From Mantamonas sphyraenae STR306 (lineage: Eukaryota > Protista > CRuMs), in contig JAPMXV010000034.1 of the NCBI GenBank assembly GCA_026936335.1, forward strand, positions 434,001-498,000: a stretch of 64,000 bases of DNA. Direction: 5' to 3'. Of the stretch, positions 1-10,600 are shown piece after piece. The stretch's first letter is position 1; each line of letters begins with the position of its first letter. The notes beneath the pieces are model-generated. The model was not told the DNA's origin. It worked only from the letters and a program-made list of their open reading frames with translations, and did no database searches. The translations under genes were made by a program, and so were the position numbers.

Positions 1-2614
1 CGTGTCAAACTGCGGCCGTCCCGCACGCCCGAAAATCTGCATAATGTCCAGCATCCCCAGGTCCACAAACGAGCCCACCTTGCTGTTGTACAACTGCGTC
101 CCCTTGATCAGCACCGTGTGCGCCGGCAGATTCACTCCCCACGCAAGCGTCGCCGTGCAGCACAGCACCTTCAGGTGGCCCTCCCCAAACAGCCTCTCCA
201 CCGTGTTCCGGTCCGTACGCATCATCCCTGCGTGGTGCACCCCAAACCCGTCCCGGAACAGATCCTTCAGCTCACGCGCCTTTGTACGCGCAATGTCCCG
301 TGCCGCCCACTTGTACGACTCCTCCTCCTTGCTCGGCGCAAACAAGTCAATCGTGTTGTACTCCTTTGCCATTTCCGCAAGCGTCTTTGCCGTCTTTACC
401 GTGTCGTTCCGGCTGTGCACAAAAATCATCACCTGGTACCCGGCTCGCAGCGACTCCACCGCTCGCTCGTAGCAGATTTCGTTCATCGTCGAGATCGCCT
501 TGAAGTGGTTCCGCGCCTTGACCCCCACAAACTTTTGCGTCAGCGGAATCGGACGGTAGTTGTCCCCAAAGTAGAACAGTCCCGTGTCCGGATTCACTCG
601 CAGAAACAGCGCCACGTCCAGGTAGTTCGGCAGCGTCGCACTCAGCCCCACAATACGGATCATCGACTGCGTCGTTTCCACCTGCCGCAGCGTACGTGCC
701 ACAATGCTCTCAATCACACTCCCGCGATCGTCGTGCAGCAGATGCACCTCGTCAATAATCAGCAGCTTCACAAGCGACGTCAGCGCCACGTCGGAGCTCT
801 TTCGCGTGATCACGTCCCACTTCTCCGGCGTCACCACAAGCATCTGCGTCTCCATAATCTCCTTCTTTGTCAGCTGCATGTCTCCCGTCAGCAGCTCCGC
901 ACCTTGACTCCCAGCGGTCCCAGCCGCTTCCCAAAGTTCGCCGCCATCTCCGCCGCCAGCGCCTTCATCGGCGCCACGTACACAATCTTAAACTCATCCC
1001 GCCGCAGCGTGTTCCCGCGAAAGTGTTGGCCCACCTCGTGCAAAATCGTCATCATCGCACAGTTCGTCTTTCCCGCTCCCGTCGGCGCGCACACAAGCAG
1101 GTTTTCGTTCGACCTGTACGCCGCCTCAAAGATCTCGCTCTGGATCTGGTTCAGCGTCTTGATCCCCTTGAACGCCATCTGCGCAAACGGCTCAAACTCG
1201 CTAATCGGCACAAGCTCCTCCTTCGGCATGCTCTTCTTCTTCGGCGCAGGCACAATCACCTCGTCGTAGTCTGTCCGCGAGATCTTTTCCGTCCCTGCAG
1301 GCAGCACACGCGTGCCCACATACTCGTCCGACGTCGTCCCTGCCGGCGCAAGATTCAGCGACGACAGCGACACGTTCCGTCCACGCAGCTGCGCATGCTG
1401 CACTCGGCTGATTTCGTCCAGGTCCTCCGCCGTCACATACTCCCGTTCCTCCCTCCCTCCACTCTCCTTGCCCTTGCCCTTGCCCTTTCCCTTCCCTTTG
1501 CCTTTGCCCTTGCCCTTCCCTTTGCCCTTTCCTCCTCCCGCCTGCGTCTCCACAATCTCCTCCCTGTGTTGCAGGATCGCCATGATCAGCTCCAGTGCAA
1601 ACGGCGACAACAGATTGAACAGTTCCTCCTGCAGCTCTTCGCTCGCTCGATCCGACTTGAGCGAGTTCAGCACGCTCAGCGTCACCTCCCCGGCACTCAG
1701 CGGAAATTCAGGGTTCTGTGCCACGTACAGGATCAGAGCCTGCTGCATGTGTTCGTACGTATACTCCTCCTCCTCCTCTGCCTCCCCGCCTGCCTCTCCT
1801 CCTTGTCCTCCGCCGCTGAGATGCAGACCCACCTCCTCCACCGTGTCCTCCTCCAAAAAGGGCAGGCTCGCCGGACTCAACACCTGAAGCGCCAGTGTGT
1901 CCGGCGTGTACGTCAGCGCCCTGCTTGTCCTAGTCTCCACCACTCTCCCTCCCTCCTCCTCCTCCGCCGTCGTCTCCCCGGCCTCCAAATGCGCCTCTCG
2001 CCACCGCGCCAAGCTCGCCACAATCTCCTCCACCTGCACCATCATTGCCTCTGGGATGTGTCCAAACACAGGCACCAGCGCCTCCTTCACACCCGCAGAC
2101 ACTCCCTTGGCCTTGCTCCTCTTGGTCTTGGGCTGCGACGTAAACCCGTACAGATCCTCCGACGACGCCTCGCTTTCCAGCTCCTCTCCAACGCCCCCCT
2201 CTCCCTCCCTCTTGCCCAGCGTCTCAAACACCATCTCTGCTGCGCTCTGCACCTCTGCGCTGCTCGACGTCTCTGGCAGCAAATCCGCAACCACCGCCAG
2301 CAGCGTCCGAAACTGTTCCCGCACCTCCCCGCTCGCCTCCGCCGACACTGCCTTTGTGCCCGCACGAAACTGCTCCCATGTCCACACACCCTTGCCCTCT
2401 CCCTTGCGCCCCCTGCACACACACACACACCCCACCTCTCCTTCGCGTCAGTTCCCCTCTCCCGCCACCTTCCCTTTCCCGGAAAACCAACCCACCGTTC
2501 CTTTCGACGCAGCATCACTTCTTCATTGCTCATCAGCGTGCTTTGCACATCCAACGGCGTCTGCTGCGTCGCCCGCAGCATGCCCGTCAGCGTGGCCCGT
2601 TCCCAAAGTGCCAT
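1..2614 (-). CDS. ASCC3: ASCC3/Slh1 Ski2-like helicase, 5' part (runs off window start); intron ~2413-2495; apparent frameshift ~890-897
   Basis: [10 protein letters not shown]...[13 protein letters not shown] (Q motif, motif I), [11 protein letters not shown], then IIDEVHLL and [11 protein letters not shown] after the shift. N-terminus [14 protein letters not shown] resembles ASCC3 rather than Brr2. Confidence 0.88.
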
Positions 2615-2716
2615 CCTTCGCGTCTCGCACTCGTTTCCGTGCCCCCTGCGGCGCAAACGCAATCCTTGCGTCGAAATCATTTTCATTCCTCATTCCCAAA
2701 GGCTGCAAGCACCTGC

Positions 2717-3593
2717 TTAGTCCTCGTCCTCGCCCTGCTCGGCCTTCTTGGCGGCGCGGCGCGCGTCGTTCTTGCGCTTCACGCGGCCGGGCTTTCCTCC
2801 CGGGTTGTACGGGCTGTCCAGAGCAAAGTCAATGTGGCTCTGGCTGTCCACACGCACTGCAAACGACGGCACCGACACAATCTGGCGGCCCACACGGATG
2901 TGGCGCTGCTTGATAAACACACGAGCCTGATGGATCGAGCGGGCCAGGCCCGTCTTGTGCACCTGAGTCTGCAGGCGGCGCTCAAGGAAGTCCTGCACCT
3001 TCAGGCCCAGCACGTAATCCAGAGCCTGCTGATCGTCACCGAGCACACCCAGCGTGTTCAGACGGCGCAGCAGAGCCTGGCCCTCGAAAATGCGCTTCGG
3101 GTCGTTCTCCTCCAGCGTCAGCAGCTCACGAGCGGCCTTGCGGATCTTTGCAATGGCCACCTGCACGCGCCACACCTCGCGCTTGTTCTTCAGACCGTAC
3201 TGGCCGATCAGCTTCAGCTCAGCATCCAGGCGCTCCTTCTCAAACGGACGGCGCGGCGAAGCGCTCACTTTCGAATCTGTGCACCCGAAAAACACCCGCT
3301 GGTCAGCCTCTTGCGCCCTTCTCCACGCCAATTCCTCGCCAATCTCCCCTCCTTCCGTCCCCTTCTCTTCACCCTTCTCTTTCCACCTCCATCTCCATCA
3401 TGCCCCCATGCATCCCCGACTTCCTTCTCCCTCGCCTCCTCACACACGTGCGCCTTCAACGTCGCCTCTGGCCCGCATGCGATTTTTGGCCCTCTCCCCA
3501 TTTCGCCTCCCACACCCATCCACGCCTGTCTCACGCTCACTCCCACCCTCCCATGCCCTCCTCACATCACTTACAATTGCGCAGGTTCGACAT
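2717..3593 (-). CDS. RPS9: 40S ribosomal protein S9 (uS4); one intron ~3277-3574
   Basis: Spliced [43 protein letters not shown]...FLERRLQT...[14 protein letters not shown]; GTAAGT donor, GCTGAC branch, CAG acceptor. Confidence 0.97.
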
Positions 3594-4215
3594 TCTACAT
3601 GGACACACACACACACACAACCCGCACCACGCCTGTGTGAGTTGCCTCTCGAAAAACCCAATTTCCCCTTGCCGCCCACACCCCACCCCGCTTTTCGGCC
3701 CTCGGCCCTCCCCACCCTTCCCCTCCCCATCGCTGCCACTCCGTCTACGCCGCCCTCCTCCATGCACCTTTCTCCTCCGCCTCTTTCCCCCTTCCTCCTC
3801 TCCTCCTACCCCGCGCAAGCGCGCCCGTCTCGCATGCCCCGCTGCTGCATGCGCCTCGGCCCCTCAAAATCGCTCTTTTCCCCACCACCCCCACCCTCCC
3901 CACACACCCGACACCCACCACGGCCCTTTCCACATGCACATCTCCACCTCCTCTCTCTCCTCCCCTCTGTCTCCACACCTCGCTACACGGATGCCCTCAC
4001 CTTTTTGCTCTGTGTGTTTCCGTGCCTCGGCCCACGCGCCCTCGCCCCGCCCATCTCCACCTCACCCACCCCCTCACCCCTCCCCCTTCCATCCCACTGG
4101 GGGGGGGGGAAGAGGGAACATGGGTGACCATGCGTGGGTTCTACAGTAGGATGGGATGCAAGAGAATGAACCCCCCCCTTCCCCCCCTTCCCCCCCCCTT
4201 CCCCCCCAATCCAAC

Positions 4216-5642
4216 ATGTCGCTCAAACGCCTCGTTCACAAACGACACATCGAGGCGCTGCGTGAAGACATCCTGCAGGGCCCCTCTCACGTCTGCCTGC
4301 ACTCGGGCTCCAACACCCTGTACCTCACCGATCAAGGCAACCACCGCGTGCTGGCCCTCCATCTCGACGAACTCGACGAACGTCCCCATTCCGAGGAAGA
4401 CCCTGCACCCATGCTCATCATTGCCGGCAACGGCATCCCAGGCCTTCGCAACGGTGGCACGGGCGAAGCCACCTTTGACTCCCCCACCGGAATTTGTGTC
4501 GACGACGCCGCCAACATGCTCTACGTCACCGACCAAGGCAACAATTGCCTCCGTGCCATCGACCTCACTTCCATGCAGGTCTCCACTCTCTGTGGCGACC
4601 AACATTCCCGTGGCTTTGCCAACGGCCGCGGCGCACAAGCCCTCTTCAACTACCCGCTCGGCATGGCCATGGACGCCCCAAACGCTGTCGCCTACGTCGC
4701 CACGACTCTTACAACCATCGCATTCGCAGCATCCGCCTCAGCGACGGTCAGACCGCCAGTGTCGCCGGCTGTGACGCCGAAGGCTGGGTCGACACCCAAG
4801 AGGCCGCCCAGGCTCAGTTTTCCATGCCCAGCGGCGTCGACTTTGACCCTGCCACCCAATCTCTGTACATTACCGACCGCGACAACCACTGTGTACGCGC
4901 CCTTGACTTTCAGAACGGCGCCGTCCGCACCGTCGCTGGCCAGGGCGGAGCCGACGGCTACGAGGACGGCGCTCGCGACGACGCCCTCTTTGCCTTTCCC
5001 ACAGACCTTGCCGTCGACTCCGACGGAGGCTGGCTGTACATTTCAGACACACGCAACCATTGCATTCGCGTCGTCCGCATCCACAGCGGACGCGTGAAAA
5101 CCGTCGCCGGCACAGGCTCCCCCGGCTACAGCGACGGCCCTGGCCAGCAGGCTCGTTTCCACCTCCCCGGAGGCATCACCTGGAGCGCCACCGAAAACGC
5201 CCTCTACGTCGCCGACACGGGCAACAACCGCCTTCGCAGAGTCTGCTGCTCCACGGGCAAAGTCACAACCGTCGCTGGCTGCGGCCTCGTTTCCTCAGGC
5301 GGCTCCTCAGGCACCCTCTCACGGCCCCAACGCAAGCTCATGCACTTTCAGGACGTCGTCGAGGCCGCCGGCCGTCTCGGCATGATTGAGCAGTACCAAA
5401 AGGCTCTCGCCGCAGCAGAAGCCTCTCACCACAGCAACTCCGACCACGACGACCACGACGACCACGACGACCCCCATCCCCAAACCAACCACGACGACCC
5501 CTCACCCACCATCTCTCTCTCCCGAAGTGTTTCCCTCTCTGAAGCCGACGACAACGACAACCTCGTCGAAGAAATTGCCGCCCCGGAACCCGGCGAGTTT
5601 TTCTCTCTTCTTGACGACGACGACGACGACGACCTCTTTTGA
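4216..5642 (+). CDS. NHL-repeat beta-propeller protein; frameshift ~4702
   Basis: Repeated F/LxxPxGI...LYV(T/A)DxxN(H/N)xIR units across two frames joined at GTCGCC-AC-GACTCTTACAAC; acidic tail. Confidence 0.85.
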
Positions 5643-5761
5643 CCCTGCCCCTCTTTCATGCACGGCATGCAACGTATAAACAGCACGCCATTTGGACCCA
5701 CCCAAGCCAGCCAAGTCCACTTCAGTCTTCCGCCCACCCCCTGCGCCCCCCCTCTCTCCCC

Positions 5762-5977
5762 TCACAAGCTGTTCAGCTCCCGTTTGCTGTTGCTGCCCCG
5801 CCTGAAAAAGTAGTTCACACTTGCCGCAACACCCACCACCAGGGCCCCACCCACAATGACAATCTGGCCCGCCTCCTCCAATCCACTGACAATCAGCCCA
5901 ACTCCCACTCCAACACAAACAAGAAACACAGCAAGCGCTCCCACTCTCAACTCGTATCGCGTTGGGGTCCAAGCCAT
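5762..5977 (-). CDS. Small two-TM protein (71 aa)
   Basis: ATG-initiated MAWTPTRYELRVGALAVFLVCVGVGVGLIV...IVIVGGALVVGVAASVNYFF; two hydrophobic segments. Confidence 0.5.
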   Translation of the reverse strand: MAWTPTRYELRVGALAVFLVCVGVGVGLIVSGLEEAGQIVIVGGALVVGVAASVNYFFRRGSNSKRELNSL

Positions 5978-6098
5978 GCTGCTGCTGCTGTTCCCGCTGT
6001 ACAGTATTTGCGCCGGTATTTGTTGTGTTTGTTTTCCTTGACGTCGCGCCCCTCCTTCCCTCCCACACCCTCCCTCACCCTCCCTCACCCTCCCTCAC

Positions 6099-6335
6099 CT
6101 ACACCACCGCTCCATCCAGCCGCTTCTCCAGTGCCGCTTCTCGTGCATCACGATCCGCACGTGCGCTGTTGGCGTAAACACCAATCACCAGGAACCCCGC
6201 TCCTCCCAAAATCACCCACCCGCCCGTTTCCGCGTCGTCCCGGAAAACAAGCACCAGACCGATCACCACCGTCAACAAAAAGATCAGAAACAACCACACA
6301 CGCACAATGTATTTCCGCGGCAGCCGAAGCTTCAT
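6099..6335 (-). CDS. Small two-TM protein (78 aa)
   Basis: ATG ORF with VWLFLIFLLTVVIGLVLVF and WVILGGAGFLVIGVY helices and a charged tail. Confidence 0.55.
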   Translation of the reverse strand: MKLRLPRKYIVRVWLFLIFLLTVVIGLVLVFRDDAETGGWVILGGAGFLVIGVYANSARADRDAREAALEKRLDGAVV

Positions 6336-6336
6336 C

Positions 6337-7582
6337 TCATTGTTTGCCTGCGCTCTCGCCCGTCACCACTACCTCCAACCTCGTCAACCTCTCTTCCAAC
6401 CCATCCAGCCTGGCCATCAGTCTTCCCTCCATTCCTCGCAGCCATCCCAGCAACGCATCCTCTGTCTCCCTCTTCTCCACCAACCCCTCCACTGGCCCCT
6501 CCACCAACCCTTCCACTGGCCCCTCCACCCCACGCCCCACACGCACATGCCACTCCAGACCCACCCCACCAAACACAGCCGCCGTCTCCTTCGCTCTCCG
6601 CCTACCTCGTGCCACAACCACTTCCCCCTCGCCATCCACACACATGCCCAGCGTTCGCTCCTCACCGCCCCCGCCCACATCCACAACCTGTCCGTCGCCC
6701 ACAAACCTAGCTCCGCGCTCATCCCTTTGCATACATACACACTCCACCTGGCTGCTTGTGTGTGATCCTACCCACACCACTGCTCGCCCTCCTCTCCTCC
6801 TCTCCACCGCCACCTGCGACGGCATGCGCACCTCCAACAGTTCCCGTTCGTCCTCCACCACCAGACCACCCTCCTTCTCCCGAAGCAACACCACACGTGC
6901 ACATGTCTCCACCACTCGCATCATCCCGCCTCCCTGGTTGCCAAACACGTTGAACAACGACGGCAACTCCTCACCCTGCCCAAACCCCTTCTCATCCTCG
7001 CCCCCCTCCACCACAACCTCGGTTTCCAGCGCTGCCACCACACAATCACCCACAGACACCAACGCGCGTACCCCTCGCACTGCCTTGCCCACTTGGCCCT
7101 TGCCCACCTCCACCCACTCCTCCCGTTCCACGTCAAACACTCCCACTCCCCGTTCCCCACCCACCCACACCCTCCCGCTCTGCCACGTTGCACACACAGG
7201 CACGCCCACATCCATCCTGGGGATCTCTACCGACCGTTGTGTCTCCATCGTCCACAGCACACCTCCGCCACCCGCCACCACCACTGCTGCCTCCTTTTCC
7301 CCTTCCCTCCCGCATACCACCTGTCCATATCCGTTGCCCGGCGCCACACCCACTCCACCCACCTCTACCCACACTCCCTCATCCTCGTCCTTTCCCCCTC
7401 CCTCCCGTCGCCACACGCGTCCCTTTGCATCCAGCGCAAAACCGCCCCTCGTCCGCATCCACCACCTCCACTCCGCCAAGCTGCTCCCCGTGCATCACCA
7501 GTCTCGCCATGCCTCCCGCCAGCATGTTTTGTCCCGCATGCGACACCTCGATGCTGTCCACTTCAAGCACCGTCTCCTGCAT
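6337..7582 (-). CDS. Uncharacterised beta-rich protein with C-terminal coiled coil; probable frameshift ~7446
   Basis: The 380-aa ORF lacks an ATG at its 5' end; the upstream frame MQETVLEVDS...VDADEG (ATG 7582) joins it across a G-run. C-terminal LEERLTRLE coil. Confidence 0.55.
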
Positions 7583-7627
7583 TTGCTTTGCCCCGGAACA
7601 CGCAGCCAAAAACTCCCCCGCCGCACC

Positions 7628-10600
7628 ATGTCCGGGCTCTTGGCCACTGTCGACACGACCTTGCGTCGTATCCTCCTCTCCGAGGAACACATGGACAAAA
7701 TGACCCTTGACCTTGTCTTTATTGACAAGGACCTCGGCGAAACCTACAGTCAGTACGCCTACGAACACCACAAGACCGCCTATCGTCGCTTCATCACGCT
7801 CGGCGTCATTCTCTACGCCCTCTTTGGCATCACAGACATCGGCACCTACACAGGCCAACAGTTTACAGACCTGCTTCTTGCCCGCGGCACCTTTTGTTTG
7901 GTAATCGGCCCGGCCTACCTCGCCTTCATCTACTCTCCTCTCCTCAAGCCCTACTACCGCCACGTGCAAATGACCATCATGTTCACTTGCATCTTTTGTA
8001 CACAGGTTATCGTCATCATCCGAAGGACTGAATACTTCGTCGGCACCTCCTTTTGGCTCGTCGCCTGGATTTTCCAGGCCCTTTCCCGCCTCGAAGTCCG
8101 CGACATGGCTCTCATCTACACAGCCACCTTTCTCAGCACCCGTGCCTTGGTTCTCATTGTCGGCCTCTTTTACCGCTACGACACATTTACCTGGGACATC
8201 TTTATTTCCGTCTCCGCTCAGGACGCCATCAACTACGGCAGTGGCGCCGTTACTGCCTTTTTCATTCTTGTCGCCGAACGTCGAGACTTCCTCACCATCA
8301 CCGCCGCCTACGAACGTCTCCTCGGCGCAAACACAGAGCGTGTCCAACACCTCGAGCAATGTTGCGGCTACGACGTCGCTGCCATCTTCCAGAGCCACGC
8401 TGCCGACCCCGCCCCGTTCCCTATGCCCGTTTTGGCACTCTCCCTCCAGCCGGAAACCGCTTCCCTCGACCACATCTCCGCCACAGACAACGCCTGCACA
8501 GGCACGGAAAACCCCGTGGCCACAGCCCTATCTGAACTCTGTGCAGAGAACGACATTCAGGTCTGGCGCCAGTACGGCGATCGCGTCCTCATTGCCGCTC
8601 CCGTCTCCAGCTTCCTCGACTATCTCGACCACCAGGACGACATCAGCGAGCCCTTCTACAACACAGCCGCACAGCTCATCATCCAACTCGCCCTCAACTT
8701 GCACAGCATCGTCGGCCCGCGCAACGACGTTCAAGTCACTCTCAACATCAACGTCGCCGATCTCGCTCACGTCCGCTGCGGTGTCCAGGAGTACATGGGT
8801 GGCCGCATTAGCGGTCCTGCTGTGCACAACGCCATCCACAATGTCCTTTCCGATCACGACTCCTTTCCTATCCGTGTCCTCGCCCGCGACCAACTCGCTG
8901 CAAACTCCATCCTCTCCGTCTTCACCCAGTATGCCTCCTATCACACCATTGACCCGGCTCTCTCCACCAACCCTTCCTCCTCTGTCCTCCTCGCCCTAGA
9001 GCCTTCATCCGGCGCCATCCTCTCCAGGCGCAACTCCGTCACTCCCAGCCGCCGCGGCTCCATCACCCCCTCCCGCAGGGGCTCCCAATCCTCTGTGCAC
9101 ACGCCAACCGCCCTCCCCGGACGCCCAGACTCTCCCTCAAACTTCCTCCGTCGTGTCTCTGATCATCGCAAGTCCACTGATATCATGCGCATCTCTGCCG
9201 ACTCTGTCCAATCCCCCTTCACCCCTCACCACGACACGGGAAACCCCATCTCCCTCCCTCGACGCGTGTCCTCTTCTTCCAACAACCACTCCCCGGCACA
9301 CAGTCCCGAGCGCACAGGCCACCGCGACAAGCATTCCCCCGCCGGCCCCGCCTCTCTCCTTCTCGACGAACCCCACTCGCCCCTCACTCCCACAGGCATC
9401 CCTTCCACAGCTCGTCGCTTCTCCGTTGCCCTCGGGAGTGCTGACCACGACGTGACCTCCACTCCGGCAAACGCCTTTTCCGCCGTCGACCGCCTCGCCT
9501 CCATGTCCCGCGACACCGACAAGCGCAAGCGTCGCCACAAGAACAACTCCGCCAAGTACAAGGTCTCTCTTGATCTCAAGCAACGCCTCTCCTCCGTCGC
9601 CCGCTTCGATCAGGACGACCTCGATAGCTTGGACGACGACTCCTTGTGCGGTCCCTGGTGGGTCTGGTACACCAGTGATTTGCAGCCCATGCACACAGGC
9701 TACGCAGAACTCCTCAACAAGATTGCCAAACAGCTTCCCAGGCGTCGCACCAGTCTCCGCTACACAGACCCGCGCCTCGAGTCCGACTTCAACCAGGATC
9801 TCGCAAACAACTCCTTCCGCGTCCTGCAAATTGCCATCACCGTCTACATGCTCCTTCAGGTCTTTCTCGTCCTCTACGACGTCACCATCCACCCCGAACT
9901 CACCGACCAGATGGCCTTCTTCCGCGTCACGGTCTTTACCCTCACCACGGCCGGCCTCCTCGCCTTTATGCGCTCCACCTACTTTCCCACTCGCATGCAG
10001 TCCACCCTTCTCATCTCCTTTCTCATCTTTGGCGCCGCCCAGATCACCCTCTCCCTCCTCGTCCCCGAGAAGGAGATGGAAAACTACCAGGTCATGTCCG
10101 AACGATTCGTCATGCATCTCAGCAACTTCTCCTACCTCCATCTCCACAACATCCGCCTCGTCGACGGCATCCTCCTCATCTATGTCGCAGGAATCATGTA
10201 CGTACGCGGCTACACAACCCTTCTCCTACGCGTCTTTGAGCTCGCCCTCCTCATGGTTCTCTTTCTCGAGGGTGGCCGCATCATCGAAGAGTCGCGCCGC
10301 AGGCAGTTTACAGTCCATCAGCTCACTCGCCTCACCGCCAGCGAGCAGGAGTTTCTCCGCAAGGAGCACTCCTTGTCATCCCTCCGCAACGGCTCCCGCA
10401 ACAGGCCTCGCAGCGACAGCGCTCTTTCCTCCCGCGCTCTTTCTCACTCGGGCTCCTCAGCCGCACTCTCCTTCTCTGCCCTCTCTGGCCCCGAGTACGA
10501 CGTCGTTCGCCTTGTCGGCAGCGAGGCCGGTTCCGCCTTTACCCCAGTGCCCCCGTCTTCCGATCTGCAAAACGACGACGACACACAGGGCATCCAGCGC

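Noticed and set aside
3277-3574. snoRNA in the RPS9 intron
   Set aside because: No convincing C/D box pair with terminal stem or H/ACA structure; the CTGA present is the branch site
5639-7627. First ~660 aa of the 2315-aa ORF
   Set aside because: P/S/T-rich shadow of G-rich minus-strand genes; the plausible start is ATG 7628
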